NCBI RefSeq assembly: GCF_006345805.1
Contig: NC_042997.1
Location: 119,350,001 to 119,414,000, forward strand
Length of the DNA stretch: 64,000 nucleotides
Origin: Octopus sinensis
Taxonomy: Eukaryota
Direction of reading: 5' to 3'
Of this stretch, positions 11,972 through 24,987 are shown piece by piece (position 1 is the first letter of the stretch; every line of letters starts with the position of its first letter). Under the pieces are notes generated by a model that was not told the DNA's origin, ran no database searches, and saw only the letters and a list, made by a program, of their open reading frames with translations. The translations under genes and the position numbers were made by a program.

Positions 11972-13550
11972 CTGTCTTATCTTCAATGTCCCTATGAAAT
12001 TGTCCATGCATTTTTTCCTTTATCCACCTGTTTTCGCTTTCGTTCATACACAAGGGCTTTTACAGTGCTTTATGTTTGCAATCTTCCATCAAGCCTAACC
12101 TTCTTAATAGCAATAATAGTGGTTCTGTATAATTTTTTACATACCATGCTATGTTGTTTTCTGCTGCTCTAATGCTGAGTTCGCATCCAATCAGTCCACT
12201 TTCTCCCCTATAACTTGGCACATATAGTCTGTCAGTGTCAATTTTTGGGTGGAGTATCAATAACTTCCTTTTCTTTCTGTCTAAGTTGTTTAGTTAGTTT
12301 ACTGTCCATGCGTTTACCCTTGCTCCATATCTAAGGAGTAAAACTGCCCAGGTGTTGAGAGCTTTAATCTTACTCAGTCCGTTTAATTTCGACTTAAGTA
12401 TCAGTCTCAGTCTGTGCAAGTACTCCACCTTGATTTTTTCTGTCATTTCTTTCTTCATTATTTTATCCATTTTCAATATCCCCAAGTACTTATAGTTCAT
12501 CTCTTCTGTCTGCTTCATAACCTCCCCCGACAGTATCGCTAGCCCGTTTAGATATTTGATTTCTCTCTCTTCAAGACTAACACACCACACTTTTTCAGTT
12601 GAACTCCATTCTTATATCAGCACTGAAAGTATAAATCGTGTCAACGAAGGAACTGACTTGGGATTCTACCTTACCATAACGTTTGAGGGCATTCATGAAT
12701 AACAAGTGGTTGAATAGATACCCAATGTTTGCTTTCCTCAGAATCAGTGTTAGTGGTATCATGAACATTATAAAAACAGTGGGGACAAGCAATCCCCTCG
12801 GAAGTTACATCATATGATTTGTATTGTACCTAAACTTCTTCCATATGCTGTCACTTCCGTCCTCCGCTTTGCCATACTTTTTCCAAGCAATCGCTCAGCA
12901 TTCGATGCAAACCAAATAGGTTAATATATACTATAATCCAAGAATGTGAGATAATATCGTATGCCTTACGATAATCGATCCATGACATGGCGAAGTTAGT
13001 TTTCCTCCTCTCGCAGTCTCTACGTACAGTTTTGTCTACTAGCAGTTGATCCTTGTTCCCTCTGAACTTACGCTTGCAACCCTTCTGCTCATGTAGCAAG
13101 AGTCCATTCTTGTCCAGATGTTCGTACATTAACTGCGACTATTCCAGTCAATACTATCCACATAAATGGTAAGCAGGATATCGACTTGTAATTGTCTACC
13201 GTATTGCCTTTTTCGATGTATTTCAAGCACAGTACTGTTCAACCCATTGTCATTAAATCTGGCGTTACTTGGTCGGCGTTTAACAAAGTTATTCGTGCAT
13301 GTCATTCACCAGATCTTTTGATCCAGTAGCCTTGAGATCCATCTGGTCCCGGAGCCTTCCAGTTACCCATTTTTTGCTGATTTCCTACACTTCTCTAACT
13401 GACGTGACTAGTTCTGCCAGGTTTTGGAGAGATTACTGTTTTGTTTCAGTTCATGCAACCATTCAGCATCCTTCTTGAGCTCCTTGATTTGCTACAGATG
13501 TCACTCCAAAAACTTTGACTTTCTATCTTATCTGGCATCGACTTTTCATA
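11972..13550 (-). mobile_element. R4/Dong-clade LINE relic 2 (near-complete RT region)
   Basis: NWKAPGPDG; EQKGCKRKFRGNKDQLLVDK; WIDYRKAYDIISHSWI; NHLLFMNALKRYGK; YKYLGIL; HPKIDTDRLYVP; MHGQFHRDIEDK. Disrupted. Confidence 0.92.
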
Positions 13551-13557
13551 TGTACAC

Positions 13558-14096
13558 TCATCATCATCATCATCGTCATCATCATCATTGCATTTTCCCA
13601 GCTTCTAACATTGGAGATGTACTGCGGGGTCAGATGTTCACTGCCAATGAACTAAGTTAACACCTCTTATTTTTCGAGCACCTTCCGAAGTATTCGAGCG
13701 GTTCCAAGCAGTGCTGATTTCTGCAAGTGCTCCTCCCTTATTGTAGCCCCTATTTGTTCCATGTACTTGTCGAGATTTTTGCCCATTGTTTCCAGAGCTC
13801 CGAAAATTATTGGTAATACTGCTACTCTTTTCATCGACCACAACTGCTTAACTTCCCAAGCTAACCTGTCAAATCTCTCGACTTTTCTTTCTTCCTTATC
13901 GCATACCCTGTGGACAGTTGGGCATGCTATATCTACAATTCCTCATAGCTTGCTTTCTTTCTCAATTAAGTCTGTCTGGCTTCCTATTCTCTATCTGATG
14001 GCCGCACCGAATCATAAAGTCCTATAGGATCTTTCCATCAAAATTTTCGTCGATGCCTTCGGCTTTCTGGTCGTACCAATTTTTTGCTCTGTCAAG
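13558..14096 (-). mobile_element. R4/Dong-clade LINE relic 3: 5'-truncated 3' end with RLE domain, 3'UTR and (ATG)n tail
   Basis: WYDQKAEG...KIL*DFMIRC...RKPD...DIACP...LPIIFGALETM...LQKSALLGTARILRKVLEK* (stop at 13667-13669), then (TCA)n at 13558-13588. Confidence 0.9.
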
Positions 14097-14125
14097 TTAA
14101 TCTTTTCAATGTTATTACTATTATT

Positions 14126-14398
14126 CAGTGAGAGAGCGGTGCATACCATCAAAGTGACACTGGGTTAAAATATACGAAGCCCAGTATACCCATCATGACT
14201 ACCCGTCTAATAAGGGTACACCACGCACATGCATCACAACAATATGTGTGCGACATGGTGATCTCATATCAAGATAAACAACGCATGATCTTGCAGTTGG
14301 GGCCCAGTTAGCATTTTCTCCTGGTCAACAAGTCCATCTTGCTCAAAAGGTCCCTGAATAATGATTGTTTATGTATGTGGAACGAACCAACCATTTCC
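14126..14398 (-). mobile_element. Non-coding (AAT)n-anchored interspersed repeat, partial copy
   Basis: Clear alignment to 25814-26090 (CATCAAAGTGACACTGGG...GGGGCCCAGTTAG...CCCTGAATAA). Confidence 0.8.
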
Positions 14399-15240
14399 CC
14401 CCTATCACTAATGATAATTCTACCGTGAAAAGACATTACCTTCTTTTCAAGAAAACTTATCTGGAACTATATAATTCTGTATACCCTTCACTCTTGCAGG
14501 GTCTTTTTATTTGTATCGTTTTGAACTACCATTTACATGAGCCTGTATTCATTCACTATCCACTGTCTTATATAAGTTGCTAATAAAATAGTTTGTTTCA
14601 GATACGAATTAAGTGATAATAGCGTTGTAATGAATAAACCAATAGGCATCATTGTTTCTGTGTAATCGCTGTAGAATACGTTTATAAATAGCAAAGAATA
14701 CATAGAAAATAATTAGAGAGAAGCAATACAGAAATAGCGATGGCAAATGGCAACACGCTTGTGACATTCGTTACATCTGGAAATTTTGAAGCCTTACAAT
14801 GCTTGGGGATGTGTAGGTTGTGCACGTAGAAATGAATGAAGGAAAGACAACAGTGATTTAGTTATCCGCTGAGGTGTATATGACATTTGAATTTATATTC
14901 TGGATACACTATCATCGAAAAGAAAAGAAATTTGGCAAATCGATAGGTTAAGCGAATCCAAATGCATGGATTTCAGCATTGTGACACGGACATCATTAGC
15001 GATTCAATATCAATTTTTACTGCAAGTGAAGTGGAAAATGTACAGCGTATATATTTATGAAGATTTATTTATATGAAAATTAATACATTTAACCAGTTAA
15101 GCGCATTAATTTTGATATGGATAAAACTTCATATATACTCTAAGTAGATTTTCGAATTCATTTATTCCTTCCATACTGCTATGAAATGGATTAGTAACGA
15201 TTTATATATATGTAAAATAATAAAACAATGTAATATCATA

Positions 15241-15490
15241 CACATTGCAATGCCATATGACAATCGAGTGGATACTGGAGAAATCATGAGAATTAAGAAA
15301 CATCAGGACGTAGTCATGCGATTAAATGATGGTTGCAGACAATGGTGACTGTGGCGATTAGTACACTTGGCACAATATTCAGTACGCTGTCTAAGAGGCT
15401 GAACGGTGTTGGAATTGAGGACGGTATTGGGGATATGCAGAAAAGTGCAATCTAGCATTCTGTAAGAACCTATAAGAAAGGTTCAAAGGA
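15241..15490 (+). mobile_element. Old R4/Dong-type RLE C-terminal remnant
   Basis: HIAMPYDNRV...RIKKHQD and VAISTLGTIF...MQKSAI match the DIAxPxDxRV..EKIxKYQD / IGALGT..QKSA pattern of the 13558-14096 copy. Confidence 0.65.
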
Positions 15491-15639
15491 TCTACAGAAA
15501 CTTGTCACCAATCTCTATACGACATCCCTCCCAATTAAAGTACACTATAATAGCTTTATAACAACAGCAGCAACAATTATAGATTCAAATTTTGTTACAG
15601 GTTCAACAGTTTTTCAGTATAGGGAAAAGTCAATTACAT

Positions 15640-16311
15640 CCAGCCATCTGCTTGACTGCTACTTATTTTATCGACCCCAGAAAGGATGAAAAGCCAAGGG
15701 GACGTGGGCAGAATTTGCGCTCTGAATGTATAGATAAATCAAATGCCGCAAAGCATGTTATCCAGCGTGCTAAGATTTTTATTTCTTTACTGCCCACAAG
15801 GGGCTACACACAGATGGGACAAAGAACGAGAGACAACCGGATTAAGTCGATTATAACGACCCCTGCATGTAACTGGTTCTTATTTAATCGACCCCGAAAA
15901 GATGAGAGACAAAGTCGACCTCGGCGGAATTTGAACTCATAACGTAACGGCAGAGGAAATACCTATTTCTTTACTACCCACAAGGGGCTAAACACAGAGA
16001 GGACAAACAAGGAAAGACAAACGGATTAAGTCGATTATATCGACCCCAGTGCGTAACTGGTACTTATTTAATCGACCCCGAAAGAATGAAAGACAAAGTC
16101 GACCTCGGCGGAATTTGAACTCAGAACGTAGCGGCAGACGAAATACCGGTGAGCATTTCGCCCGGAGTTGCTAACGTTTCTTATTTCTTTACTGCCCACA
16201 GGGGGCATAACAAGCATAGTCATAACAAGCATAGAGGGGACAAACAAGGGCAGACAAAGGACAGACAAAGGCACTTTGCCCGGCGTGCTAAGATCCTGCC
16301 AACTCGCCGCC
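15640..16311 (-). mobile_element. Head-to-tail tetramer of SINE-A
   Basis: Junctions at 16179/16180, 15962/15963 and 15778/15779 are the same two junction types seen in the 6088-6705 trimer. Confidence 0.9.
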
Positions 16312-18789
16312 TTAATATCAAGAATAATAATTATGTTAATTATATAAAAAAAAAAACTGTACGTTGGTGTCATATGAAATTTCAGCTCCATCAGCTACCA
16401 GTCGTATATATGACTTACTTTTACTGCTACTAACCTATTTTTTATTGATTATAAGAAGACTCAGACAATGAATTATGACTGACATATGTATGTGCGCTAC
16501 AATTCAGAACAAACTCCATTATGTATAGAAATGTATTCTTCTTTTGATTTAGATAGATCTGAATATTGTTGATAGTGTTACTTGTTAGAACGTACGAAAC
16601 AACGCAAATATACAAAATTGATCTTTTCATTTTCATTTAATGTAATCTCCTACTTTGTGCATAATTGTTCTTTGATTCGCCTAGATTCAAACAACATTGG
16701 CTTGGTATCATATTTTGCACGGATTTTCGTTTTAGATAAGACCGTGTCATAAGATAAATTGACTGTTTTGAAAACTGACTTTCACAACATCCTTTCAGAA
16801 CTACTCTAAAATGCTGCACCAATAGATAACATCAACAAAATATGAAAGAACCCCACCCCATTAAATATTTTTGGACATTCTTCGTGACATTAATGGCTTT
16901 CCATTGTCAAAAGAAAAATTGTCTTCCTAAAGCCACTGCTTAAATGTTGTCAAAACTCAAGCGATATCTCTACAGAATATTTCAGACAATGTAAACATTT
17001 ATTGAAAGAAATCTTTGGAGAATATAAACTGCCAATCACGAAATATAATAGCCGACAATGAATATTTGTGTAACTGTTTTCTGTTGGATAACATTCAATA
17101 GACTCTTTTAATGTAGACTTGTAGGTAAGTTGCAAGTTTTGAAACAAGATTTGCTTAAAGAGCAAAATTCAGAACGATTTCTAAATAGATTTTAGGTATA
17201 TATATTCACATATCCTTCCTCTGCTTTCCATAATGCTGTCAATTATCATTTATTTTTGTACATCAGTTCATATCATCACCAGAGATGGAAGGAAGTCTTA
17301 TGAAGATTTTCAATATTTCTGTTTTTACAGGGATATATTGGAACTTTATAAAAGCAAGTGACATAGCGTTGACTCTCGAAATTATTTGATCAGTGAAACC
17401 CGAACAAACAAGGAATTTACTTACAATAATTCAATGAGGCCTATAACAAGTAATTTTTGCATAGAATCTTCAGCTATTGTTTTCGCTTCCATGGTTACTT
17501 CTGGACTGTTTTGCACAAGCCAACGTCCCAACTCGTTTTAAAGTCAGTATCCCACACATCTTGATGTCAGAGTCGACGAGTGTGTCTAAAAGCCTCACCA
17601 ATCAAAGGCTAGACATAGAACTGTTAGAAATAGCATCAAGGTCCCCTTGAAACAACACATTGCTCTCTTGGAAAAGAAATGAATTAATTTGTTTATGAAA
17701 ACCGACTTTACACAAAAACGATTTGATGGTCATGGTTGCAATGCATTTCTTCATGCTTATTCAGGGTTAACGAAATGCCTCAAATAATTCATGTTGCAGT
17801 CGTTTGATGCAATTCTGTTTGGATAATGTATTTCCGGTATTACCCAAGTGAAGCATATGCATTTGTATATATCACTACATAACAATATGTGTCGATGTGA
17901 GATTTGATCCCAAGCTGATCTGATGTGCCGTAATCCTGATTGCAGACACAGTCTCACAACGCGATGTATAACATCATTTAGATAACGAAGACAACGGTTT
18001 ACTACGAATTTTAGTGACTCAAGAGTCATTTAGTATCTACTTTTATCCGCACAACCAGATTCTCTTGCACCACTAAGTAGTGAACCCCACGCCACATCAG
18101 AGAATAACGGTAAATAGAAGCTTTTGGCCAAGACATCTTTAAATAATTCGTCCGTATCTGGCATGTAAATTTTGTACTGACACATCCGTTTATACATTTC
18201 TTGATTCTTACAACACTAGCTTAATGTTCGATCAGATTATCTGGTTAAGTGATGATGGTTCTACTTCTGTATCTTTTCAATCCAGTCTAATGTAACCCAA
18301 GGTCATATTCGCTTCCACGTCTGTACCTCAGATACTTATTCGGCGTTATGGCCAGCAATGGCGACACTTATGCAAATGGTACAACATGTTATTCCTCCTT
18401 ACACTTCGTCAAACATGCACCATTCACAAGCGATGTATAGACCATACGAAAAACCTGCATTAATAGCACGCCAAAGAGAAATCCTGCCAATATTTTCAAT
18501 TTTAGCGGTAAACATCCTGAAGGACTGCTGATACCAAGAACGTAGTTTCACCGTGAAGTGATAATATTAGTAACGACACTGAGCTAGAGCGCTCACGGTC
18601 CCAATAAATACAACTCCCTACAGTATCCGATGATCTCATCTGGCATAACGACCTGGACAGTATAACGTTAACTGTCCCTTCCTCCGATTAGAATATGATT
18701 TAATAATATGAGTACTGATACAGAATGGAGATGCTCAAAATATTTCTCCCGCATTTGAGTAAGTACTGCGGCAAAATACAAGCACACAT

Positions 18790-18829
<40 letters not shown>

Positions 18830-19842
18830 ACACACACACGCGCAAAAACGCACACACAAACGCATACAGCCCCACATATCCAAGGCCGCATGCAGAAAGG
18901 GTTAATCGACAGATTGGTTCTCAGTATGTCACAGTAGCATTTAAACCTCCATTCTACGCATGTTCTCTTGCTACTCGGAGCTAACTAGTCATATCCTCAT
19001 AGGCCTTTTCTACCCCTCGGTGTATCCAACTCCCCTGACTCTATATAACTACTCTGTTGAGTGCCTCCTCCGCAAAACAACGGTTTTCTGAAATCTTGTC
19101 TCCGCTGCTGTCATTCCACCAGATGTTGACTTGCAAACATTTAAACGTAATATTAATAGAATGACGTCAAAACAAAAAGCACCCCTTTCGTTCAACAATT
19201 ACACATCAGTTGCATCCAATGTAACTTCTGTAATGACAGACAGCAAAACGTTTTTTATTCCGTTTTCTAGATGTAAGGGAGGGGTGATATTTATGCTTTC
19301 ATAATACTTACGTATGTTTAGTTTTCACGTTCAGTATCTCATATTTACAAATTTCCATGGTTAAATCAAAATACATCCGAATCATCAAAATCTCTACAAT
19401 AATTACTTTCATAATCGCAAATCGTTTTTATATGAGTGGAAAATATTTAATATCTATTCTAGATATATTGCATTCTTTGTGATAATAAGATCTCACATTT
19501 TCTAGGGGTGATAGTTTGTTAACGTTAATCACAAAGGATACATCATATCAATGACACTTCACGTATTATAACCAAAAGTTGACCTGTAAATAGAGATGTT
19601 CTGTGCTAGTTGGGCTTGCTAGCTAAACTTTCCAGAAACTATTCCCAGCTAGCTTAAAACAAATAAAAACAAAAATGAATTACCCAGTATACGTTACATC
19701 TGATAATATATGATTTCTTGTTATTATTCTCATAAAAGAAATAACGCTCATCTTGCATAATTATATCCGTATTAAGAAGGGGTTTTACAAAAATAAAACA
19801 CAAGCATTAAAACTTATGAATATCATCAATAATGTTAGTCCT

Positions 19843-19892
19843 AAGGCGGCGAGCTGGCAGAAACGTTAGCGCGTCGGGCGAAATGCTTAGCA
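19843..19892 (+). mobile_element. SINE-A head only
   Basis: AAGGCGGCGAGCTGGCAGAAACGTTAGCGCGTCGGGCGAAATGCTTAGC. Confidence 0.85.
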
Positions 19893-20220
19893 TGAGAATA
19901 CATGCATGAGAATACATATATAAAACAAAGCATACAAATTTGCACATATACATACAAAGAAACAAATTTACCCTGTTGCTGATGTTGAAATTCGAATGAA
20001 AGGGCATTGAATGTAGGTTAGAAACTGGCTATTTCTTATTGGCAAGAATTATTGAAATAAAACTGAATAATGACATACATACGTAGATACATTCATTAAT
20101 ACATTCATACATACACACATACACAGATACATACATACATTTGTTATATAATCATATATATATGTATGTATATATATATATATATATATGTATATATTTG
20201 TATATATACATATATCTATA

Positions 20221-20310
<90 letters not shown>

Positions 20311-20497
20311 TAATTTATAAAAATATGGTAAAGTAAAAAAAATTCACTTTACCACACACCGAACTTTTCAGAAATAGCAGCCAAAAATTTGGCTATTTCT
20401 TCAACTGCAAATAAAAGTCTCCAGACAATGCATACTCAGAAAATAACTCACATAGGTATAAGGGAAAAACAATGAAAGATCACGTCCATATACGATA

Positions 20498-20559
20498 CCC
20501 GAGGACAGTCTGTTTCTGGATTTGTGGGTAAAACGCCACTTTTCCTTCATCAGCTCAGA
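20498..20559 (-). ncRNA. Identical hammerhead motif in the inverted copy
   Basis: Reverse complement of 20967-21028. Confidence 0.8.
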
Positions 20560-20966
20560 GATTTCTTCTGATTTAGATTTGAAAATACTAAGAATCAAAC
20601 ATACCCGTCCGATATCTGTAACATCGGACAAACCATGCCAGACACCCAAATTAATACTTCAAATATACCGTAAATACCGTAAATATACCGAATACTGCTT
20701 GGTCGAATTTATTAACAATTAATTAATTCTACCCCCTTTTTTGATGACAATATAATGCTTTATCTCCAAGAATTTGAACTGCAGTTTTTACCTCTGTAGA
20801 AATGTAATGCTCTATGACTCACGTGGGTGGACAGGGAGAATAATAGATCTCATTCGTATTTTTGGATTCGCTAGTACTGGGTGTCTGGCATGGTTTGTCC
20901 GATGTTACAGATATCGGACGGGTATGTTTGATTCTTAGTATTTTCAAATCTAAATCAGAAGAAATC

Positions 20967-21028
20967 TCTGAGCTGATGAAGGAAAAGTGGCGTTTTACCC
21001 ACAAATCCAGAAACAGACTGTCCTCGGG
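20967..21028 (+). ncRNA. Type I hammerhead ribozyme motif, core intact
   Basis: Stem I TCTGAG/CTCGGG; CTGATGA at 20973-20979; stem II GGA..GTGG/CCAC..TCC with an A.A mismatch at its base; GAAA at 21010-21013; stem III ACA(GAC)TGT; GTC cleavage triplet ending at 21022. Confidence 0.8.
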
Positions 21029-21310
21029 TATCGTATATGGACGTGATCTTTCATTGTTTTTCCCTTATACCTATGTGAGTTATTTTCTGAGTATGCATTG
21101 TCTGGAGACTTTTATTTGCAGTTGAAGAAATAGCCAAATTTTTGGCTGCTATTTCTGAAAAGTTCGGTGTGTGGTAAAGTGAATTTTTTACTTTACCATA
21201 TTTTTATAAATTAATACTTCAAATATACCGTAAATGGTCTTTACATACCGAATACTGCTTGGTCGAATTTATTAACAATTAATTAATTCTACCCCCTTTT
21301 TTGATGACAA

Positions 21311-21388
<78 letters not shown>

Positions 21389-21390
<2 letters not shown>

Positions 21391-21560
21391 GGGCACCTAC
21401 AGTTTCCATCTATAACACTCACTAAATAAACATTGGTCGTCTGGGGCCATTTTATTACACACTTGTCCAAAGTGCCCTGCAATGGGACTGAACCCGAACG
21501 AACGAGCTTGCAACACAAGCAGCTGAACACAAAGAAATGCTTAGGCCTGCACACCTGTGC
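21389..21560 (-). mobile_element. Diverged SINE-B 5' part
   Basis: CAGTTTCCATCTA...ACTTGTCCAAAGTGCCCTGCAATGGGACTGAACCCG matches other SINE-B heads. Confidence 0.7.
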
Positions 21561-22078
21561 CTATGTTTTGTTTAGAGTTTTCTCATTCATTTGAAGGTGA
21601 TAATATGTAATGGATCAAAAGTATATCAATATGTTAAAATTATTTATTTATACGACTCTGAAGAGGTTAATGGAAATAGATATCTTCACTCAGAGCCACT
21701 TCAAAACAGAGAATTCTTGCAGTGGATGATTAGCATTTCCATTATGGTGAAGAACAATTTGAAATAGCATATCATACTTAGAAATTTCGATGTGGGTTAA
21801 AACGTGCTGTAGAATAAATAAACAATAACAGTGTCATGAGGGGAAACTCTCGATATACATTGATTCGTCGACATGAATTCAGAACACTTAAATGATTAAA
21901 ACGTTGGTACTAAACATTAGTAAGACCATTAGAAGGTAGAGTTGCTATGGATCGCTTGACGCATCAGAACAAATGTGAAACAAATCTGAACGCTGGTTTC
22001 CAATGTGGTTAATGGTTTCGCTTCATAAATATGAAGTATCGGATTCGATCTCACTTCACGCGACGTTTAAATGTATTT

Positions 22079-22310
22079 ATTTCTTTACTACCCACAAGGG
22101 GCTAAACACAGAGAGGACAAACAAGGACAGACAAACGGATTAAGTCGATTATATCGACCCCAGTGCGTAACTGGTACATATTTAATCGACCCAGAAAGGA
22201 TGAAAGGCAAAGTCGACCTCGGCGGAATTTGAACTCAGAAAGTAGCGGCAGACAAAATACCGCTAAGCATTTTGCCCGGCGTGCTAACGTTACTGCCAGC
22301 TCACCGCCTT
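22079..22310 (-). mobile_element. Full-length SINE-A with 18-bp TSD
   Basis: Complete head to tail. CGACGTTTAAATGTATTT (22061-22078) vs CGATGTTTAAATGTATTT (22311-22328). Confidence 0.93.
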
Positions 22311-23456
22311 CGATGTTTAAATGTATTTTCTCTTCGAGCACCAGCTCTACCTAATCCTTGAGACAAGTATAACTGAAGTAAATATTCTTCTTATTCCCGT
22401 TCGGAGATAGAGTTAATCTCACATGCCATCGTCGTGGTTCATTTTCTCACAAATATTTAGTTTATATCAATCCTTTAACTATTTATTTCTGCTCTTCATT
22501 CATGTACCTTGAAAGCTTTTAAAAGGCTGATGTACGTTGCTTTTCCTTGTCTAATCATCATAAAAACGAAGGAAATTAATCGGAATTTTGTTGGTCACAA
22601 GAACGTTCATTTAGTTGTTACCCCCACTTGAATTCTCCTCTCGTTAAATTCATTTCTGAGTGGCAGGCATTCGAAAGATCCGCGTATCTTCATTGTAATT
22701 TTCAAAGCCAGCGTTATACTGGGCACAATACATATGAAGCGGAGCTTTCTAACGGCTACTGTTTACGCAATTTCACTGTGAAGAATTAGTTAAACAAATT
22801 TAGTGCTAGAAAGCTTTTGCCCAAGACGCCACCGATATAACATTTTAGGATCAAACAACTGATTAATCCGAAACCTGTTTCTTAGCTTTTTAGCTAATCT
22901 TCGGCAGACTACGCGCACAAAATTGAAATGAGATAACTAGAGAGCTCACCTGCATAAAAGCAAAAGAGAGAGTAACACATTCTCACTGACAAACGTGGAC
23001 GACCTTATACAAATTCTCTTGTAGCATGTCCCTGAAGCGTGTAATGTAGCGCTTGATATAAAATACAGATATTCCTATTTCATTATTGTGATTTTATTTG
23101 TCCTTGGCAAATGAACATATATCAACATCATGACATCTCATACAGGAATTTATTGAATTAACTGGTGTCTTCAGTCATCGATTGGAGTGGTATAAAATTA
23201 TAAGATGTTTGTCAAGACTGATGTGGACGCCATTAAACAATCACGCTATATTATTTCATTTTCTTCAGAAGTTATAACTGAATTGAACATAAATAATCAG
23301 ATAACTTTATTTGTGCGAATCCCCAAAGATTATCCCATACCTATCAAATATTGTATTTAACAGGAAAAAGTAAATAACCAAACACACTTGAGTATATGAG
23401 AGCGACTACACTATACTATAATATAATGTAACATAATATGATATAACATAATATAA

Positions 23457-23848
23457 CTAGCAGTATCACCCGGCATTGCTCGGGTTTGTTTCGATCCTTT
23501 CGAATTGAAATTCTTGAAAAGTAAAAATTGTGCGTTATATAGCCTGTTATTCTCTTTAAGTGAACATTTTCCTGGTTGAAATACACCAACAAATGGCGGC
23601 ACAGCAGTCAAAAACTCGTAAAAAATAGAGATTTTCATAGAAAAAAAGCACCTTTTTGATGTAAATGATTTTTGGTGTTAGCTTGGTCAGATTTCAATTC
23701 TGTCTTCTACTGAGGGAAGAGCAAGTCTTCTTCTATAATACTCTCAATTTTGGTTTACTTGCGCTGCAGGGTCTCGGAGGAAATAGTGTTAGTTGAAGGC
23801 TGCCAAACCTGCCATACACAGACAACTTAAGCTTTATATATAGAGAGA
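23457..23848 (-). mobile_element. Non-autonomous Helitron (392 bp)
   Basis: Minus strand A|TC...CCCGAGCAATGCCGGG hairpin...CTAG|T. No TSD; inserted in an (ATAAT)n-like tract. Confidence 0.88.
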
Positions 23849-24725
23849 TATAATATGATATAATATAATATAATATAATATAATACAGAGGCGTTTACGA
23901 AAATATAGGTCATTCAACCATGTTACTTTTCGATATCAGTAAAGAGAGTAAATAAAAGCTGCTCTTGAAATAATCATTAACGAACTTGGGAAACAAAATC
24001 TCGCGAACCGTGGTAGCATGTTTATTCAGATATTTCTTCCCTTAAATGAAGTAATTAATTTGCCACCATAATGAAAGATTAGACTACAAGTGCCTTGTGA
24101 AAGGAACGGTGAATTAACAATTTGCCTCTCCATTTAGTGTAAATAGCAGAAAGAACAGAATTCTGCTTCAAACTCTTCATTAGAGTCTCTTAAATCCGAA
24201 AAGAAATGAAATAGAAGGATTAATTTCTGAATTAATGATGTCATCAATGTTGTATTTGCCGGTAGACTTTCTTAGTCATTAGAAAATTTTCAAGTGATTT
24301 GCAAATTAGAAGTTGTATTTTAAAATATTCCTTTCATTATTATGACAAAATTTCCTGATGCTTCAAAGTAGAAGTGAGCCTCAAAATGGATAATGATGTA
24401 TGAAACAAAACTTGATTGTAGAAAAATAGCTGAAACAAAGTCTACATACTAAAATTAAAATGAAAATATACTGATTCATAACATGCTCGCCCACTTGTAA
24501 TAACTCTATACAAAATTGACAAAAATATATACATGTGTGTCTATGAATTTGTATGTATCCATCTGTGTGTGAATGTATGTATGTATAAGTATGTAACTTA
24601 TATTAGCTAATATATATATTCTTTACCTTCTTTAGAATTATTTAAAGTGCTTCCGTTTTAAAGCTACAATAATGCTGGGGGACCAAGGTTATATATATAT
24701 ATATAACGTTGGTGCCCATATATAT

Positions 24726-24985
24726 TCTTTTACTTGTATCAGCCATTTGACTCTGGCCTTGCTGGAGCACCAGAACTTATTCTTTGTAAGCTAGTACTTA
24801 CTCTACCGGTCTCTTTTGCTGAACAGCTAGATTACGCGGATGTAAACACACCAGCACTATTTGTCGAGAGATGATGGAGGGCACAAACACATGCACACAC
24901 ACACATATATATATATATATACGATGGGCTTCTTTCAGTTTCCGTCTACCAGATCCCCTCACAAGGATTTGGCTATTCTGAGGCC
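24726..24985 (-). mobile_element. SINE-B, partial
   Basis: TCTTTTACTTGTATCAGCC...GCTGGAGCACC tail and GGGCTTCTTTCAGTTTCCGTCTACC core. Confidence 0.85.
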
Positions 24986-24987
24986 AC

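Larger units (their letters stand above)
20308..21314 (+). mobile_element. Hammerhead-bearing non-coding element, A(inverted)-B-C-A-B, 560-nt period, inside (TA)n
   Basis: 20308-20648 is the reverse complement of 20878-21216 (the only difference I saw is A8 vs T6). 20649-20754 repeats directly at 21209-21314. (TA)n lies on both flanks. Confidence 0.85.

Noticed and set aside
16640-17200. Sequence that looks like decayed coding DNA
   Set aside because: No identifiable motif in any frame I read.
18290-19170. Faint CR1/L2-like RT wording (VDLQTFKRNINRM)
   Set aside because: Too degraded to set boundaries or a clade by eye. The same applies to 58750-58960 (NIQKIESV).
23143-23371. Two short open frames after AG acceptors, one reading LFVRIPKDYP (RWD/UBC-like)
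   Set aside because: Both stop within 30-43 codons with no usable donor, which is expected by chance.
24679-24717. Small hairpin around (TA)n (GGGACCAAGG...CGTTGGTGCCC)
   Set aside because: Short, imperfect, and mostly explained by the self-complementary (TA)n.
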